A stretch of DNA of 64,000 nt, taken from positions 160,001-224,000 of the forward strand of contig CAWIYV010000009.1 of the NCBI GenBank assembly GCA_963840455.1, in the 5' to 3' direction. Positions 44,239 through 54,384 of this stretch are shown in pieces. The notes below the pieces were generated by a model. It searched no databases, had not been told where the DNA came from, and worked only from the letters and a program-made list of their open reading frames with translations. The stretch comes from Nitrospirota bacterium. GTDB lineage: Bacteria > Nitrospirota > UBA9217. The position numbers and the translations under genes were made by a program. Numbering within the stretch: position 1 is the first letter of the stretch; each line of letters opens with the position of its first letter.

Positions 44239-45078
44239 ATGCTGAAAAAGATATTCTCAAAAAGCTATTTCACCATCGGTCTGGGCTTTTTCCTGGTCTT
44301 TTCCGCAGCGCCGTTCTACGTCATGCTGATCACGATGTTCAAGAAAAGCCACGACCTCTTCAGCCCGACCAACAATCCGTTCTGGCTGAACGAAGGCATC
44401 ACGTTTGAACATCTCGACCTGCTGTTCAATCAGACGTTGTTCACCCGGTTCCTCCTGAACACCCTGGTGGTCGGGCTTGCCGTCGTGGTGATCACCGTGC
44501 TGCTGGCGGTTCCGGCGGCGCTCAGCCTGGCGCGTCTGGCAGGCAGGTGGGGGGAGAGCGTCGGCATCGGGATCTTCCTTACCTATCTGGTGCCGCCAAC
44601 GCTGCTGTTCATTCCGCTTTCGCGGATCGTGTCGATCCTCGGCCTGCAGAACTCGCTCTGGTCCCTCGTCCTCGTGTATCCCACCTTCACCGTTCCGTTC
44701 TGCACGTGGCTGCTCATGAGCTTCTTCAAGGCGATCCCGAAGGACATTGAGGAGCAGGCCCTCGTGGACGGCTGCAGCAGGGTCGGCGCAATGGCACGCA
44801 TTCTTCTCCCACTATCCGTGCCCGGCATCATCACGGTCATCGTGTTCTCCTTTACGCTCGTTGCGCACGAGTACATCTACGCGCTCTCCTTCATTCAGGA
44901 TTCGGCAAAGAAGACCATCGGCATCGGCATGACCACGGAACTGGTGCGTGGAGATGTGTTCTATTGGGGTGCGCTGATGGGCGGCGCGCTGATCGCGAGC
45001 ATTCCCGTATCCATCCTCTACACGCTGTTCCTTGACCGGATCATCTCCGGACTCGCCCTGGGAGGGGCGAGGAAGTAG
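44239..45078 (+). CDS. Carbohydrate ABC transporter permease
   Basis: EEQALVDGC EAA-like motif; TM segments. Confidence 0.92.
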   Translation: MLKKIFSKSYFTIGLGFFLVFSAAPFYVMLITMFKKSHDLFSPTNNPFWLNEGITFEHLDLLFNQTLFTRFLLNTLVVGLAVVVITVLLAVPAALSLARLAGRWGESVGIGIFLTYLVPPTLLFIPLSRIVSILGLQNSLWSLVLVYPTFTVPFCTWLLMSFFKAIPKDIEEQALVDGCSRVGAMARILLPLSVPGIITVIVFSFTLVAHEYIYALSFIQDSAKKTIGIGMTTELVRGDVFYWGALMGGALIASIPVSILYTLFLDRIISGLALGGARK

Positions 45079-45379
45079 TTCCTCAGGTACGAAAGGAGTT
45101 TGCAGCCGGTGTATGCAGAGCGAACAGCTGTTCCCGCCGAATCACCCGAATGTCAGCAGCTCGGACCCCGGGCAATATGTTCCTTCGTGTCAAACATCTA
45201 TCGATCATAGATGCGTTTACATTCGCAGGAAGCGTTCAGCGTCAATTGCGGTCTGCGCGAAGGAAGGGGGGGCGTTTTCGGCTTGCTTCCGGCCGCGGCC
45301 CCGTGCTATGCTTGAACGTGTTCGTGAACGCCTGTCCTCGTTGATGACGTACATTCCATCTGTCAGGGAGGTAATCACC

Positions 45380-46354
45380 GTGAAAAAACTCTCACTCGTT
45401 CTCTTCTGTCTGATGTTGCTGGGTGCGCCGCTGGCGCATGCTGCAGACGTGTATCCCTCAAAAGTGATCACCATCATCGTGCCCTTCTCCGCGGGAGGAC
45501 CGACCGACACGTCGGCCCGGCTGCTCGCCCAGTACATGGGCGCGGCGCTCAAGACCCAGGTCATCGTGGAAAATGTGGCCGGCGCCGGTGGCACCATCGC
45601 TGCAGCGCGGGTCGCCGGTTCTCCGCCGGACGGGTACACGGTCTTTTTCCATCATATCGGCTTCTCAACGGCCCCCTCGCTGTATCGCAAGCTGCCCTAT
45701 GACACGATCAAGGATTTCGAGCCCATCGGGATGGTCGGTGATGTGGCAATGACACTGGTAGCACGGAAGGATTTCCCTGCCAAGGATCTCAAGGAGCTGA
45801 TCGCATACGTCAAGGCCAACAAGGACAAGGTCAATCTTGCCAATGCCGGGCTGGGCGCGGCCTCGCATTTGTGCGGGATGCTCTTCATGAGCGCGATCCA
45901 GACGGAATTCACCACCATACCCTACAAGGGCACGGGCCCGGCCATGAACGACCTTCTTGGCGGCCAGGTGGACTTCATGTGCGACCAGACCAGCAACACC
46001 ATAAGCCAGATCAAGGCCGGCAAGATCAAGGTCTACGGCGTGACGACGAAGACGCGCGTGGATGCACTTCCTGACGTGCCGACGATGCAGGAAGCCGGAT
46101 TGCCGGGCTTCGAGGTCTCGGTGTGGCAGGGCCTGTATGTGCCGAAGGGGACGCCGAAGCCGATCATTGAAACGCTCACTAGGGCATTGCAGACAGCGCT
46201 GGCGGATCCCACCCTGAAGCAGCGTTTTGTTGAACTGGGCACGGTCGCGGCCAGCAAGGAAATGGCAACGCCCGATGCGCTGCGGAAACACCTCAAGGCC
46301 GAGATCGACAAGTGGGCGCCGATCATCAAGAAGGCCGGCGTTTACGCGGATTAA
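45380..46354 (+). CDS. tctC: Tripartite tricarboxylate transporter substrate-binding protein (Bug/TctC)
   Basis: VPFSAGGPTD, VENVAGAGG, PYKGTGPA; GTG start after GGGAGG. Confidence 0.9.
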   Translation: MKKLSLVLFCLMLLGAPLAHAADVYPSKVITIIVPFSAGGPTDTSARLLAQYMGAALKTQVIVENVAGAGGTIAAARVAGSPPDGYTVFFHHIGFSTAPSLYRKLPYDTIKDFEPIGMVGDVAMTLVARKDFPAKDLKELIAYVKANKDKVNLANAGLGAASHLCGMLFMSAIQTEFTTIPYKGTGPAMNDLLGGQVDFMCDQTSNTISQIKAGKIKVYGVTTKTRVDALPDVPTMQEAGLPGFEVSVWQGLYVPKGTPKPIIETLTRALQTALADPTLKQRFVELGTVAASKEMATPDALRKHLKAEIDKWAPIIKKAGVYAD

Positions 46355-46482
46355 TAGCGAAAGTAGGTTATTTGACACTGGGGACACTGAATAGGAATTA
46401 GGAAGGATGGTGCTGTTTCATAAGCTTCATCGGCCTTACTCCGTGTTCTCAGTGTCGGTACCTTCGAATTTCACGGGAGACC

Positions 46483-46938
46483 ATGACGTCACGCAACCCC
46501 AAAGATCTCTGGACCGGGATCATCTATATCTTCGTTGGCGCGGCCGCTATCTTCATCGCCCGTGACTATGGCCTGGGCACTCCTCGCAAGATGGGCCCGG
46601 CTTTCTTTCCCGCCGCTCTCAGCATTATCCTGATTGTGATCGGCATCATTTCCCTGGTCCGCTCATTTCTCCGGCCGGGCACACCGGTCGGCAGGATGGC
46701 GTTCAAGGGCCTCCTGCTGGTCACTGGCGCAACGGTCCTCTTCGGCCTTATCGTCCGCGGGGCAGGACTGATCATCGCGATGCCCGTCCTGGTCATCGTA
46801 AGCGCCTATGGGAGCGACAAATTCAGCTGGCGGACATCGATCGTCATGGCGGTCGTGCTCACCGCGTTCTGCATCCTCATCTTTCTGAAAGGACTGGGGA
46901 TCCCGCTTCCCATCTTCGGCTCATGGTTCGGCGGATGA
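46483..46938 (+). CDS. tctB: Tripartite tricarboxylate transporter TctB
   Basis: MGPAFFP motif, 4-5 TM, located between tctC and tctA. Confidence 0.88.
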   Translation: MTSRNPKDLWTGIIYIFVGAAAIFIARDYGLGTPRKMGPAFFPAALSIILIVIGIISLVRSFLRPGTPVGRMAFKGLLLVTGATVLFGLIVRGAGLIIAMPVLVIVSAYGSDKFSWRTSIVMAVVLTAFCILIFLKGLGIPLPIFGSWFGG

Positions 46939-47141
46939 CCCGTGAGACTCTTGAGGGGACTTCTAAAAAATAGTTTTTCGCGCGACCAAAAGTAGGCGTT
47001 TATCAGCGATACTTCAAGGCCGTAAAGAAAGGCTGAATCATTGGTTGTTAGACCAGGACCTAGGCGCTCCTTGGCGCCCTTTGCGGATCAGCGCGGCCCT
47101 CTTTTGGCCATTGCGTGAGAAGATTTTAGCTTTTGCTTTGA

Positions 47142-47163
47142 TGCCGGCTTGTCCGGATTAGGA
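47142..47163 (+). repeat. 22-bp dispersed repeat, copy 3
   Basis: TGCCGGCTTGTCCGGATTAGGA. Confidence 0.7.
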
Positions 47164-47170
47164 AAGTCCT

Positions 47171-48673
47171 ATGGATCTTCTTGCAAATCTTGGCCTAGGT
47201 TTCGCTACCGCCATCACCCCGACGAACCTGCTGTACTGCTTCATGGGTGTTTTTCTCGGCACCCTGATCGGGGTGTTGCCCGGCCTCGGGCCGACCGCCA
47301 CCATCGCCATGCTGCTGCCGGTCACGTTTACCCTGCCGCCGATCTCCGCCCTGATCATGCTTGCGGGCATCTACTACGGCTCCCAGTACGGCGGTTCCAC
47401 GACCTCCATCCTGGTCAATGTGCCGGGCGAAGCAGCCTCGGTGGTCACGACGCTTGACGGGTATCAGATGGCGCGCCAGGGGCGGGCCGGCGTGGCCCTG
47501 ACCGCTGCGGCCATCGGCTCTTTCTTTGCCGGCACGGTCGCCACGTTCCTGCTCGCCCTGTTCGCACCGCCGCTCGCCGAGGTGGCGCTCAAGTTTGGCC
47601 CGGCCGACTATTTTTCGCTCATGGTGCTCGGCCTGCTCGCCTCGGTGGTGCTGGCCCAGGGCTCGCTGCTGCACGCCATCGGCATGGTCGTGCTCGGCCT
47701 GCTCCTCGGGCTGGTCGGCACGGACGTCAATTCCGGAGCGCAGCGGTTCTCCTTTGGCATCCCCGAGCTGGCCGATGGCATCGGGTTCGTGGTGGTAGCC
47801 ATGGGCATGTTCGGGCTCGCCGAGATCATTCGCAATCTGGAGCGCGAAGAGGACGGGACTGCGGAGGTGACGAAGATCACCAGCCTGATGCCGACGAAAG
47901 AGGACTGGAAACGGATGGTCGCACCGATCCTGCGCGGCACCGCCATCGGCTCGGCGCTCGGCATCCTGCCCGGCAGCGGCTCCATCCTGGGGGCCTTTGC
48001 CGCCTACTCGATCGAGAAGAAGGTATCGAAGCACGGAGCCGAGTTCGGCAGGGGCGCCATCGAGGGTGTTGCCGCGCCGGAGTCGGCAAACAACGCGGGC
48101 GCCCAGACCTCGTTCATCCCCATGCTGACCCTGGGCATTCCTTCCAATCCCGTAATGGCGCTCATGGTCGGCGCGATGATCATCCAGGGCATCCAACCCG
48201 GCCCCTCGGTGATCAACGAACAACCGGCGTTGTTCTGGGGCATCATCGCATCCATGTGGATCGGCAACCTGTTCCTGATCATCCTGAACCTGCCGCTGAT
48301 CGGGATGTGGGTGCGGATCATCATGATACCCTACCATATACTGTTCCCGGCGATCCTTGTGTTCTGCGGCATCGGCGTCTTCAGTCTGAAGAACACCGTG
48401 TTCGACATCCATCTCATGGCGCTCTTCGGCATGCTGGGCTACCTGTTCGTCAAGCTGGACTGCGAACCGGCGCCCATGCTGCTCGCCTTTATCCTCGGGC
48501 CCATGATGGAAGAGTATCTGCGCCGGGCCCTGCTGCTCTCGCGCGGCGATCCTATGGTCTTCATCACCCGCCCCATCAGCGCGACCCTGCTCGGCCTCGG
48601 CGTGCTGGCGATCATTGCCGCGAGCATCCCTGCGCTGTACAGGAAGCGTGAAGAAGCCTTCCGCGAGGAGTAA
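47171..48673 (+). CDS. tctA: Tripartite tricarboxylate transporter TctA
   Basis: GVLPGLG, YYGSQYGGS, PESANNA, LTLGIP. Confidence 0.93.
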   Translation: MDLLANLGLGFATAITPTNLLYCFMGVFLGTLIGVLPGLGPTATIAMLLPVTFTLPPISALIMLAGIYYGSQYGGSTTSILVNVPGEAASVVTTLDGYQMARQGRAGVALTAAAIGSFFAGTVATFLLALFAPPLAEVALKFGPADYFSLMVLGLLASVVLAQGSLLHAIGMVVLGLLLGLVGTDVNSGAQRFSFGIPELADGIGFVVVAMGMFGLAEIIRNLEREEDGTAEVTKITSLMPTKEDWKRMVAPILRGTAIGSALGILPGSGSILGAFAAYSIEKKVSKHGAEFGRGAIEGVAAPESANNAGAQTSFIPMLTLGIPSNPVMALMVGAMIIQGIQPGPSVINEQPALFWGIIASMWIGNLFLIILNLPLIGMWVRIIMIPYHILFPAILVFCGIGVFSLKNTVFDIHLMALFGMLGYLFVKLDCEPAPMLLAFILGPMMEEYLRRALLLSRGDPMVFITRPISATLLGLGVLAIIAASIPALYRKREEAFREE

Positions 48674-48710
48674 CGAATCCGCCCTGTCCGGCGCTCAACC
48701 GGTCCCGTCC

Positions 48711-49148
48711 ATGATCATCTATCGCCAGATCTCCACGCACGACCCTGAATACGCCCAGGAAAAGGAACTACGGAACCGGGTCCTGCGCATGCCACTTGGC
48801 CTTACGCTGTCGGAACAGGACCTGCGGGGAGAGGACAGACAGATCCACGTGGCTGCGGTGGATGAGCGGGGAGCTGTGATTGGATGTGTGCTCGTCGCCT
48901 TTACCGAGAAGGGGGCAAAGATCAGGCAGATCGCGATCGAAAAAGGACACAGGGGAAGGGGGATCGGAACAAAGCTGATGACAGGCGCCGAGCAGATCGT
49001 ACGTGACAGGAATCTCGGTTCGGTGACGCTCCATGCGCGGCAGACCGCCCGGCGATTCTTTGAGAAGCTTGGCTATGCAGCGGTGTCCGATGTATTCACC
49101 GAAGTGACGATACCGCATGTCAGAATGGAAAAGACCCTATTCGATTAG
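48711..49148 (+). CDS. GNAT family N-acetyltransferase (ElaA/YjcF-like)
   Basis: RGRGIGTKLM, LHAR, FFEKLGY, IPHVRM. Confidence 0.88.
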   Translation: MIIYRQISTHDPEYAQEKELRNRVLRMPLGLTLSEQDLRGEDRQIHVAAVDERGAVIGCVLVAFTEKGAKIRQIAIEKGHRGRGIGTKLMTGAEQIVRDRNLGSVTLHARQTARRFFEKLGYAAVSDVFTEVTIPHVRMEKTLFD

Positions 49149-49177
49149 CAGGATATCGAGAAAGAGGGGAACACCGT

Positions 49178-50617
49178 ATGGATGCTCTCCTTACAAAACG
49201 CAATACCCTTGTAGCCATTGCTCTGCTTGTTCTTTGGAAAATATACCTTTCCGCGACCCTGCAGCTGCATCCCGATGAAGCATACTACTGGCTTTGGTCA
49301 AGGCACCTGGACCTCGGTTATTTTGATCACCCGCCCCTTGTCGCCTATCTCATAAGGCTTACCACCCTTCTTTCCCGACAGGAACTCTGGGTGCGCTTCA
49401 GCGGCATACTGGAGACCCTCATCGTCAGTGCATTGGCCTGGACGCTTTCGCTCCAGCTGTCGAACGACAGGAAGATCGCCGCCGCGAGCATCATTACACT
49501 GATTGTCATGCCGCTCACCCTGGTCGGGTCGGTCGTCATCACTCCTGATGTCCCCGTTTTTCTTTTTTTCAGCGCGGGCATCCTTGCGTACTGGCAGATC
49601 GTGTCCTCCGGGAAAGCGCGATACTGGTATTTCCTGGGCGTTGCATTCGGCCTGGCACTGCTGTCAAAATATACCGCGTTCTTGCTGGCGCCGTCGCTGC
49701 TGCTGTTCACGATCTTTACCGATGAAAGAAAGTGGCTGAGAACGATCCATCCCTATGCCGGTTTTCTATTAGGATGCGCATTCTTCCTTCCGGTCGTCTA
49801 CTGGAACAGCATCCACCAGTGGGCCTCCTTTGCCTTTCAATTCCAGCATGGCCTTGGCGGAAGCGGTTATAGCCCGGGAAAGGTCTTTGCCTTCATTGGA
49901 GGGCAGATGCTCGTGGCCGGCCCGTTGCTCTTTTTGGCGGGAGCCTATGCGTCGGTCATCTTCCTTTTCCAAAAGAACAAGGAAAAGCTGTTCCTGAGCC
50001 TTACCTCTCTTCCGGTGCTGCTCTTTTTTGCCTATTCGTCATTGAAAAGAACGGCTGCGCCCAATTGGCCATGCTGCGCCTATTTCACCTTCAGCATCCT
50101 CGTCAGCCATTATCTTCTCGATGGTTCGAAAATAAAAGGGCGCATCTGGATGATCGGCGTTATCCTCAGCCTGCTGTTGTCCATTACTGCAGGGCTTCAC
50201 ACGCGCTTCGGTGCCATTCCTTTGGAGAGGATATCAAAGGACCTGAGGGAGGCGGATGCGACCAACTGGTTCTACGGATGGAAGGAAGTCGCCCGGGAAC
50301 TGGAAAAAGACCCTTCCGCAAAAGTAGCCTTTACTGATACGAGCCAAATGGCTGCGGAGATCAGCTACTACACACAAGAAAGGATCATCGGCTACGTCGA
50401 CCGCCGGCATTTCGGCGGAGGGCAATACGGATACTGGGATCTCCCGGACAACTTGCGGGACAAGAACGGCGTCTGCATTTCCTATCGGGAGAGGTCCGAT
50501 GCTCTTCCGTGCTCGGATTATTTCACCTCCGTTGGGAAGACCGCGGCGTTCACTATCATGAGGGACGGATTCCCGATACGAACCTACCGGATCGCTCACG
50601 GTGAGGGATGCAAGTGA
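49178..50617 (+). CDS. Glycosyltransferase family 39 (ArnT/PMT-like) membrane protein
   Basis: PDEAYYWLWS, GYFDHPP, TPD, LLSKY. Confidence 0.88.
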   Translation: MDALLTKRNTLVAIALLVLWKIYLSATLQLHPDEAYYWLWSRHLDLGYFDHPPLVAYLIRLTTLLSRQELWVRFSGILETLIVSALAWTLSLQLSNDRKIAAASIITLIVMPLTLVGSVVITPDVPVFLFFSAGILAYWQIVSSGKARYWYFLGVAFGLALLSKYTAFLLAPSLLLFTIFTDERKWLRTIHPYAGFLLGCAFFLPVVYWNSIHQWASFAFQFQHGLGGSGYSPGKVFAFIGGQMLVAGPLLFLAGAYASVIFLFQKNKEKLFLSLTSLPVLLFFAYSSLKRTAAPNWPCCAYFTFSILVSHYLLDGSKIKGRIWMIGVILSLLLSITAGLHTRFGAIPLERISKDLREADATNWFYGWKEVARELEKDPSAKVAFTDTSQMAAEISYYTQERIIGYVDRRHFGGGQYGYWDLPDNLRDKNGVCISYRERSDALPCSDYFTSVGKTAAFTIMRDGFPIRTYRIAHGEGCK

Positions 50618-50890
50618 TCTCCGGGGCAGAGACCGGCAGAGGGGTCCGCGCATGCGGCTATTGGAGCCTGGAGAGATCATTCGGGCGATGCTGCCCGCGA
50701 CGAAGAAAGAGTTGTAAGAGAATAGCAAACGATCTATCATCAGGTAGTAAAAAAATTTGCATTATATTCTCTCCGGTAGATACTCTAATAAAACCTCTCC
50801 GCTTAATGCGATAGTATAGATGTGCTAACGATTGTGACAGATTCGATTTATAAAGTGGAATACGGGAATCAGTTGTCGAACGAGAGGTGC

Positions 50891-50956
50891 TTCCTGAAAT
50901 ATTGAAGTTTCCATTCCGTGTAATCTTCGATGTTTCATTCAGTAATAAGTAATCTC
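50891..50956. repeat. Diverged ~66-bp direct repeat flanking hemG/Y, copy 1
   Basis: Aligns with 52581-52647, including GTTTCATTCAGTAAT..GTAATCTC. Confidence 0.6.
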
Positions 50957-51063
50957 ATTCGTGGAAATTGACAACTCCTCTTGCCTATGTTTTGGATTGA
51001 TCTTCGGGATTCAGTCAAGGATATCCTTCAGGAATCTCCGAAGGTTTTCACATCTCCTTCAAT

Positions 51064-52482
51064 TCAGGGCAGTTCCTTAAGGACCTTCTCCGCAGCGATT
51101 TGTGCTTCATGAACGCAGTCACCGATTCCGAGGCCCTTGTACGAACATCCGATGCACGAGAGCCCGGGATGGGCAGCAAGGGATCGGTCGATGCGTGCCA
51201 TCCTGTCGAGGTGTCCCACGGTATATTTCGGCATTCCCTTGACCCATCGGTACACCCGGGAGAACATCGCGTCCGCCCTGATGCCCGCGATCGTATCCAG
51301 CTCCTCCAGGACCGTCTTCACCAGTCCATCATCGTCGAGGTTCTGAACGAGCTCCTCATGATGCCCTCCGCCGACGAAGCCACGGATGAGAACCTGGTCA
51401 TTGGGAGCACGGAAGGACCATTTGATGGAACAATAGGTCGCCGCGTTGATCCTCCTGCCCTCCGTGCGTGGCACGATGAAACCGAACCCTTTGAGCGGCA
51501 CTGACAGGTCCTCTCGCCGGAAGGCTACGGATACCGTTGCCGAGGATGACCAGTCGATGCCGTTCAGCTGGACAGCGAGGTTTGTGTCGAAGCCCATGAT
51601 CATCCGGGCGGTGTCGAACGACGCCGTGCCGAGCATGACGGCATCAGCGTCCAGGGTCTCGCCATTCTCGAGGATGACCGTATATCCCTTTCGCTTTGGC
51701 TCCACGACCCTGACACCGGCGCCGGTCCTGACCGATCCCTTTCCGAGATACTCCACGCAGGCGTCCGAGAGCGTCTGCATGCCGTTCTTGAAGCTCATGA
51801 AGAAGGTCATCCTCGGCGCGCCGGGCTTCGGCGGCGGAGCTGACGGGCGATTTTTCATCGCCGAGAGCATACCGAGGATCAGACTTCCGCTCTTCTGCTC
51901 CATCTGGGCAAAGCGCGGGAATGTAGCGAGCACGCTCATGTTGTCCGGATTGGACGTATGGATGCCTGCTACGAGCGGTTCGGCGATCTTGTCGAGACAT
52001 TCGCGACCCAGCCTGCGCGTCACGAACTCGGCGAGGCTTTCGTCGGCGTGAGACTTTCGACGGGGAATGAATACCTCCATACCCATCCGCAGCTTCCCCG
52101 GCCATGAGATGAGACGTGACGTGACCATCGGCCAGAACATGGTCGGCACCATAAGCATCACGCCTTCCGGCAGCGGATGGAGTTGCTTCCCGGAGAACAG
52201 ATAGGTGCCCTTGAACTGTTCGTTCGTGGACAGCATCTCCGGTCCGAGACCGAGCTGACGGGCGAGGTCCACGGTCCAGGCCTTTTCAGGAAGGAAACTG
52301 TCCGGGCCGCCTTCAATGATAAGAGGGCCAATCTTTTCCGTGATGAACTTGCCGCCGATGCGATCGTCCTTTTCGAGAAGGAGGACAGCGACCTCCTTCC
52401 CTTGAGCTGCTGCCCCAGACTTCAGATGCACGGCAGCTGCCAATCCCGCGATACCACCGCCTACGATAATGACCTTCGGCAT
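51064..52482 (-). CDS. hemG: Protoporphyrinogen/coproporphyrinogen III oxidase (HemY type)
   Basis: GGGIAGL, EGGPDSF, GFGFIVP, MPKYTVGH, GIGDCV. Confidence 0.92.
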   Translation of the reverse strand: MPKVIIVGGGIAGLAAAVHLKSGAAAQGKEVAVLLLEKDDRIGGKFITEKIGPLIIEGGPDSFLPEKAWTVDLARQLGLGPEMLSTNEQFKGTYLFSGKQLHPLPEGVMLMVPTMFWPMVTSRLISWPGKLRMGMEVFIPRRKSHADESLAEFVTRRLGRECLDKIAEPLVAGIHTSNPDNMSVLATFPRFAQMEQKSGSLILGMLSAMKNRPSAPPPKPGAPRMTFFMSFKNGMQTLSDACVEYLGKGSVRTGAGVRVVEPKRKGYTVILENGETLDADAVMLGTASFDTARMIMGFDTNLAVQLNGIDWSSSATVSVAFRREDLSVPLKGFGFIVPRTEGRRINAATYCSIKWSFRAPNDQVLIRGFVGGGHHEELVQNLDDDGLVKTVLEELDTIAGIRADAMFSRVYRWVKGMPKYTVGHLDRMARIDRSLAAHPGLSCIGCSYKGLGIGDCVHEAQIAAEKVLKELP

Positions 52483-52580
52483 AATCTCTCCTTCATAGAG
52501 GCGGATTGTACACAGACAACCGAAAAGCAGATAGGGAATGCCTTCTTGATTATAGATTATAGCAGTCTCCGTTACACTTG

Positions 52581-52647
52581 TTCCTGAACTCGTTGAAGAT
52601 GCAATTCTCTGCAATATTCAGAGTTTCATTCAGTAATTCGTAATCTC
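52581..52647. repeat. Diverged direct repeat flanking hemG/Y, copy 2
   Basis: Aligns with 50891-50956. Confidence 0.6.
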
Positions 52648-52826
52648 CTCAACTACCACGCTTCTCGCGGAGAGCCGGGATCACGAGTGGATTGAAGAAT
52701 CCCGGTTGTCGCTTGCCGTGTGTGATCCTTCCTGTAGTTCGCAGAAGGCTTACCGGCAACAAACTCACGGGAAATGAGCTATACTTTATAAAAGTCTTTT
52801 TGCATTAACTAAAGGAGGGAGTAGCC

Positions 52827-53258
52827 ATGAAAAAGATTCTGGTAGTAACCGCAGTGGTAATTGGTCTAGCGGCGGCGACGGCATTAGCCCAGATGGGCGG
52901 CGGTGGCGGAACGGGAAGCCAGCAGCCACAGCAGCCGGGAGGCATGATGGGTTCTCAGCAGTCACAGCAGATGATGGGCAGCCAGATGATGAACCAGCAG
53001 ATGATGCGTAACATGTCCGGCATGATGACGGACATGAACAGCATGATGCAGAAGATGTCCGGCGCCATGCAATCGGGGTCCATGGACCACACGAAGACGA
53101 TGAACATGTCGAAAGTGATGGATAATATGTCCCTCAACATGAAGGAAATGTCTAAGCAGATGGCAAAAGGGACCATGAATGAGGCGCAAATGAAGAAGAT
53201 GCAGGAGCGAATGAAGGATATGAATAAAATGATGGAGTCGATCGAGAAAGGAAAATAA
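52827..53258 (+). CDS. Exported methionine-rich protein (33 Met in 143 aa)
   Basis: AAAGGAGG RBS; ALA signal peptide; Met at helical i/i+3/i+4/i+7 spacing. Confidence 0.85.
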   Translation: MKKILVVTAVVIGLAAATALAQMGGGGGTGSQQPQQPGGMMGSQQSQQMMGSQMMNQQMMRNMSGMMTDMNSMMQKMSGAMQSGSMDHTKTMNMSKVMDNMSLNMKEMSKQMAKGTMNEAQMKKMQERMKDMNKMMESIEKGK

Positions 53259-53347
53259 CCATGCGCTGGCGTGTGAACGGCTTGGTTGAACATCACCGCG
53301 GATTGGCTGACAGGTCCGGCAGAAAACAGGCAGCACAAGGTTCAGGC

Positions 53348-54070
53348 ATGATTCACACGCTTTTTGTTTTGATCGTGATCGGGATTATGCCTGTGACAGC
53401 CTGGGCTGCCGAAGGCCGGGGGTATCTTGATATGAACGGCGGGTATAAGACCGGCAGTTTTGGGACCCCGACCAAAACCGAGCTTTTTTATTTGTCGCCA
53501 ATACTGGGGTATGTTACGCCGGGCTATGATGTAAGCATCACAATTCCCTATCTCTTTCAGACCAGCACAACCGCCGGACAGTCAACCACAGAAGAGGGGA
53601 TTGGCGATATCTATCTTTTCGGCGGCTATGTGTTCTTACCTGAGAAACACAACGGATATTCCCTTTACGGTTCCGTTTCCGTCAAGCTTCCCACCGCGAA
53701 CAAAGATAAGGGATTGGGGACTGGAGAAACGGATTATGGCGGATTCTTGGGCGCTGGGAAACGGATTGGCCAGAATCGGTTCACTTTTTCAGCCGGTTAT
53801 ATATTTGTTGGTAGTCCTGCGGGTGTAAACTATAACAATGTCTATGTTTACGATATTGGGTATGCGAGGATTTTCGCCCTTACGGAGCTTTTGGTATGGT
53901 ATGAAGGCAGGGGAGCAATGGTCTCAGGCGCAAAAAACCCGCAGGAGATTAACGTCGGGTTCTTTCACATTCTCAATAAAGACTACTCCATCAAGGGAAG
54001 CTCTTTTGTAGGGCTAAACAACGGAGGGCCAGACTTTGGACTTAATCTGGGGCTGGTCAGATGGTTTTAA
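53348..54070 (+). CDS. Outer-membrane beta-barrel 'transporter' (MetA/SphA-like)
   Basis: Signal peptide; GIGDI, VKLPT, GLGTGETD; C-terminal Phe (VRWF). Confidence 0.75.
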   Translation: MIHTLFVLIVIGIMPVTAWAAEGRGYLDMNGGYKTGSFGTPTKTELFYLSPILGYVTPGYDVSITIPYLFQTSTTAGQSTTEEGIGDIYLFGGYVFLPEKHNGYSLYGSVSVKLPTANKDKGLGTGETDYGGFLGAGKRIGQNRFTFSAGYIFVGSPAGVNYNNVYVYDIGYARIFALTELLVWYEGRGAMVSGAKNPQEINVGFFHILNKDYSIKGSSFVGLNNGGPDFGLNLGLVRWF

Positions 54071-54246
54071 TGTTTGATCAGGAGATCCGAATATGATGCA
54101 TTGGGTATATAGCGGCCGGAGGATGGGGTGTGAATTGTGCTTCATATGATGAATGCATGGATGGATATACTACTCGAGGTGTCCATCAAATCGGGGGAGG
54201 CTTAAGGTGAAGCACACAGGTGGCGACAATGTTAGATGGTCAACAA

Positions 54247-54361
54247 TCGAAGCTCCCTGCAGCAAGCTGCAGGGAGCTTCGATCCTCAGGGAACTATCAT
54301 TATTCTAATCGCTCGCTAACCCCGTAGCAAGCTACGGGGAATGCGCTCGCTCCTGGATTCA
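54247..54361 (-). mobile_element. PATE-like element, standard variant with intact hairpins
   Basis: TCGAAGCTCCCTGCAGC-AA-GCTGCAGGGAGCTTCGA and CCCCGTAGC-AA-GCTACGGGG. Confidence 0.8.
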
Positions 54362-54384
54362 GATTGAAGCATACATCGAAGACT

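Noticed and set aside
54093-54149. Remnant of an MMHW...GMG (SHOCT-type) membrane protein gene
   Set aside because: Only 18 codons after an AGGAG; too short to support a call.
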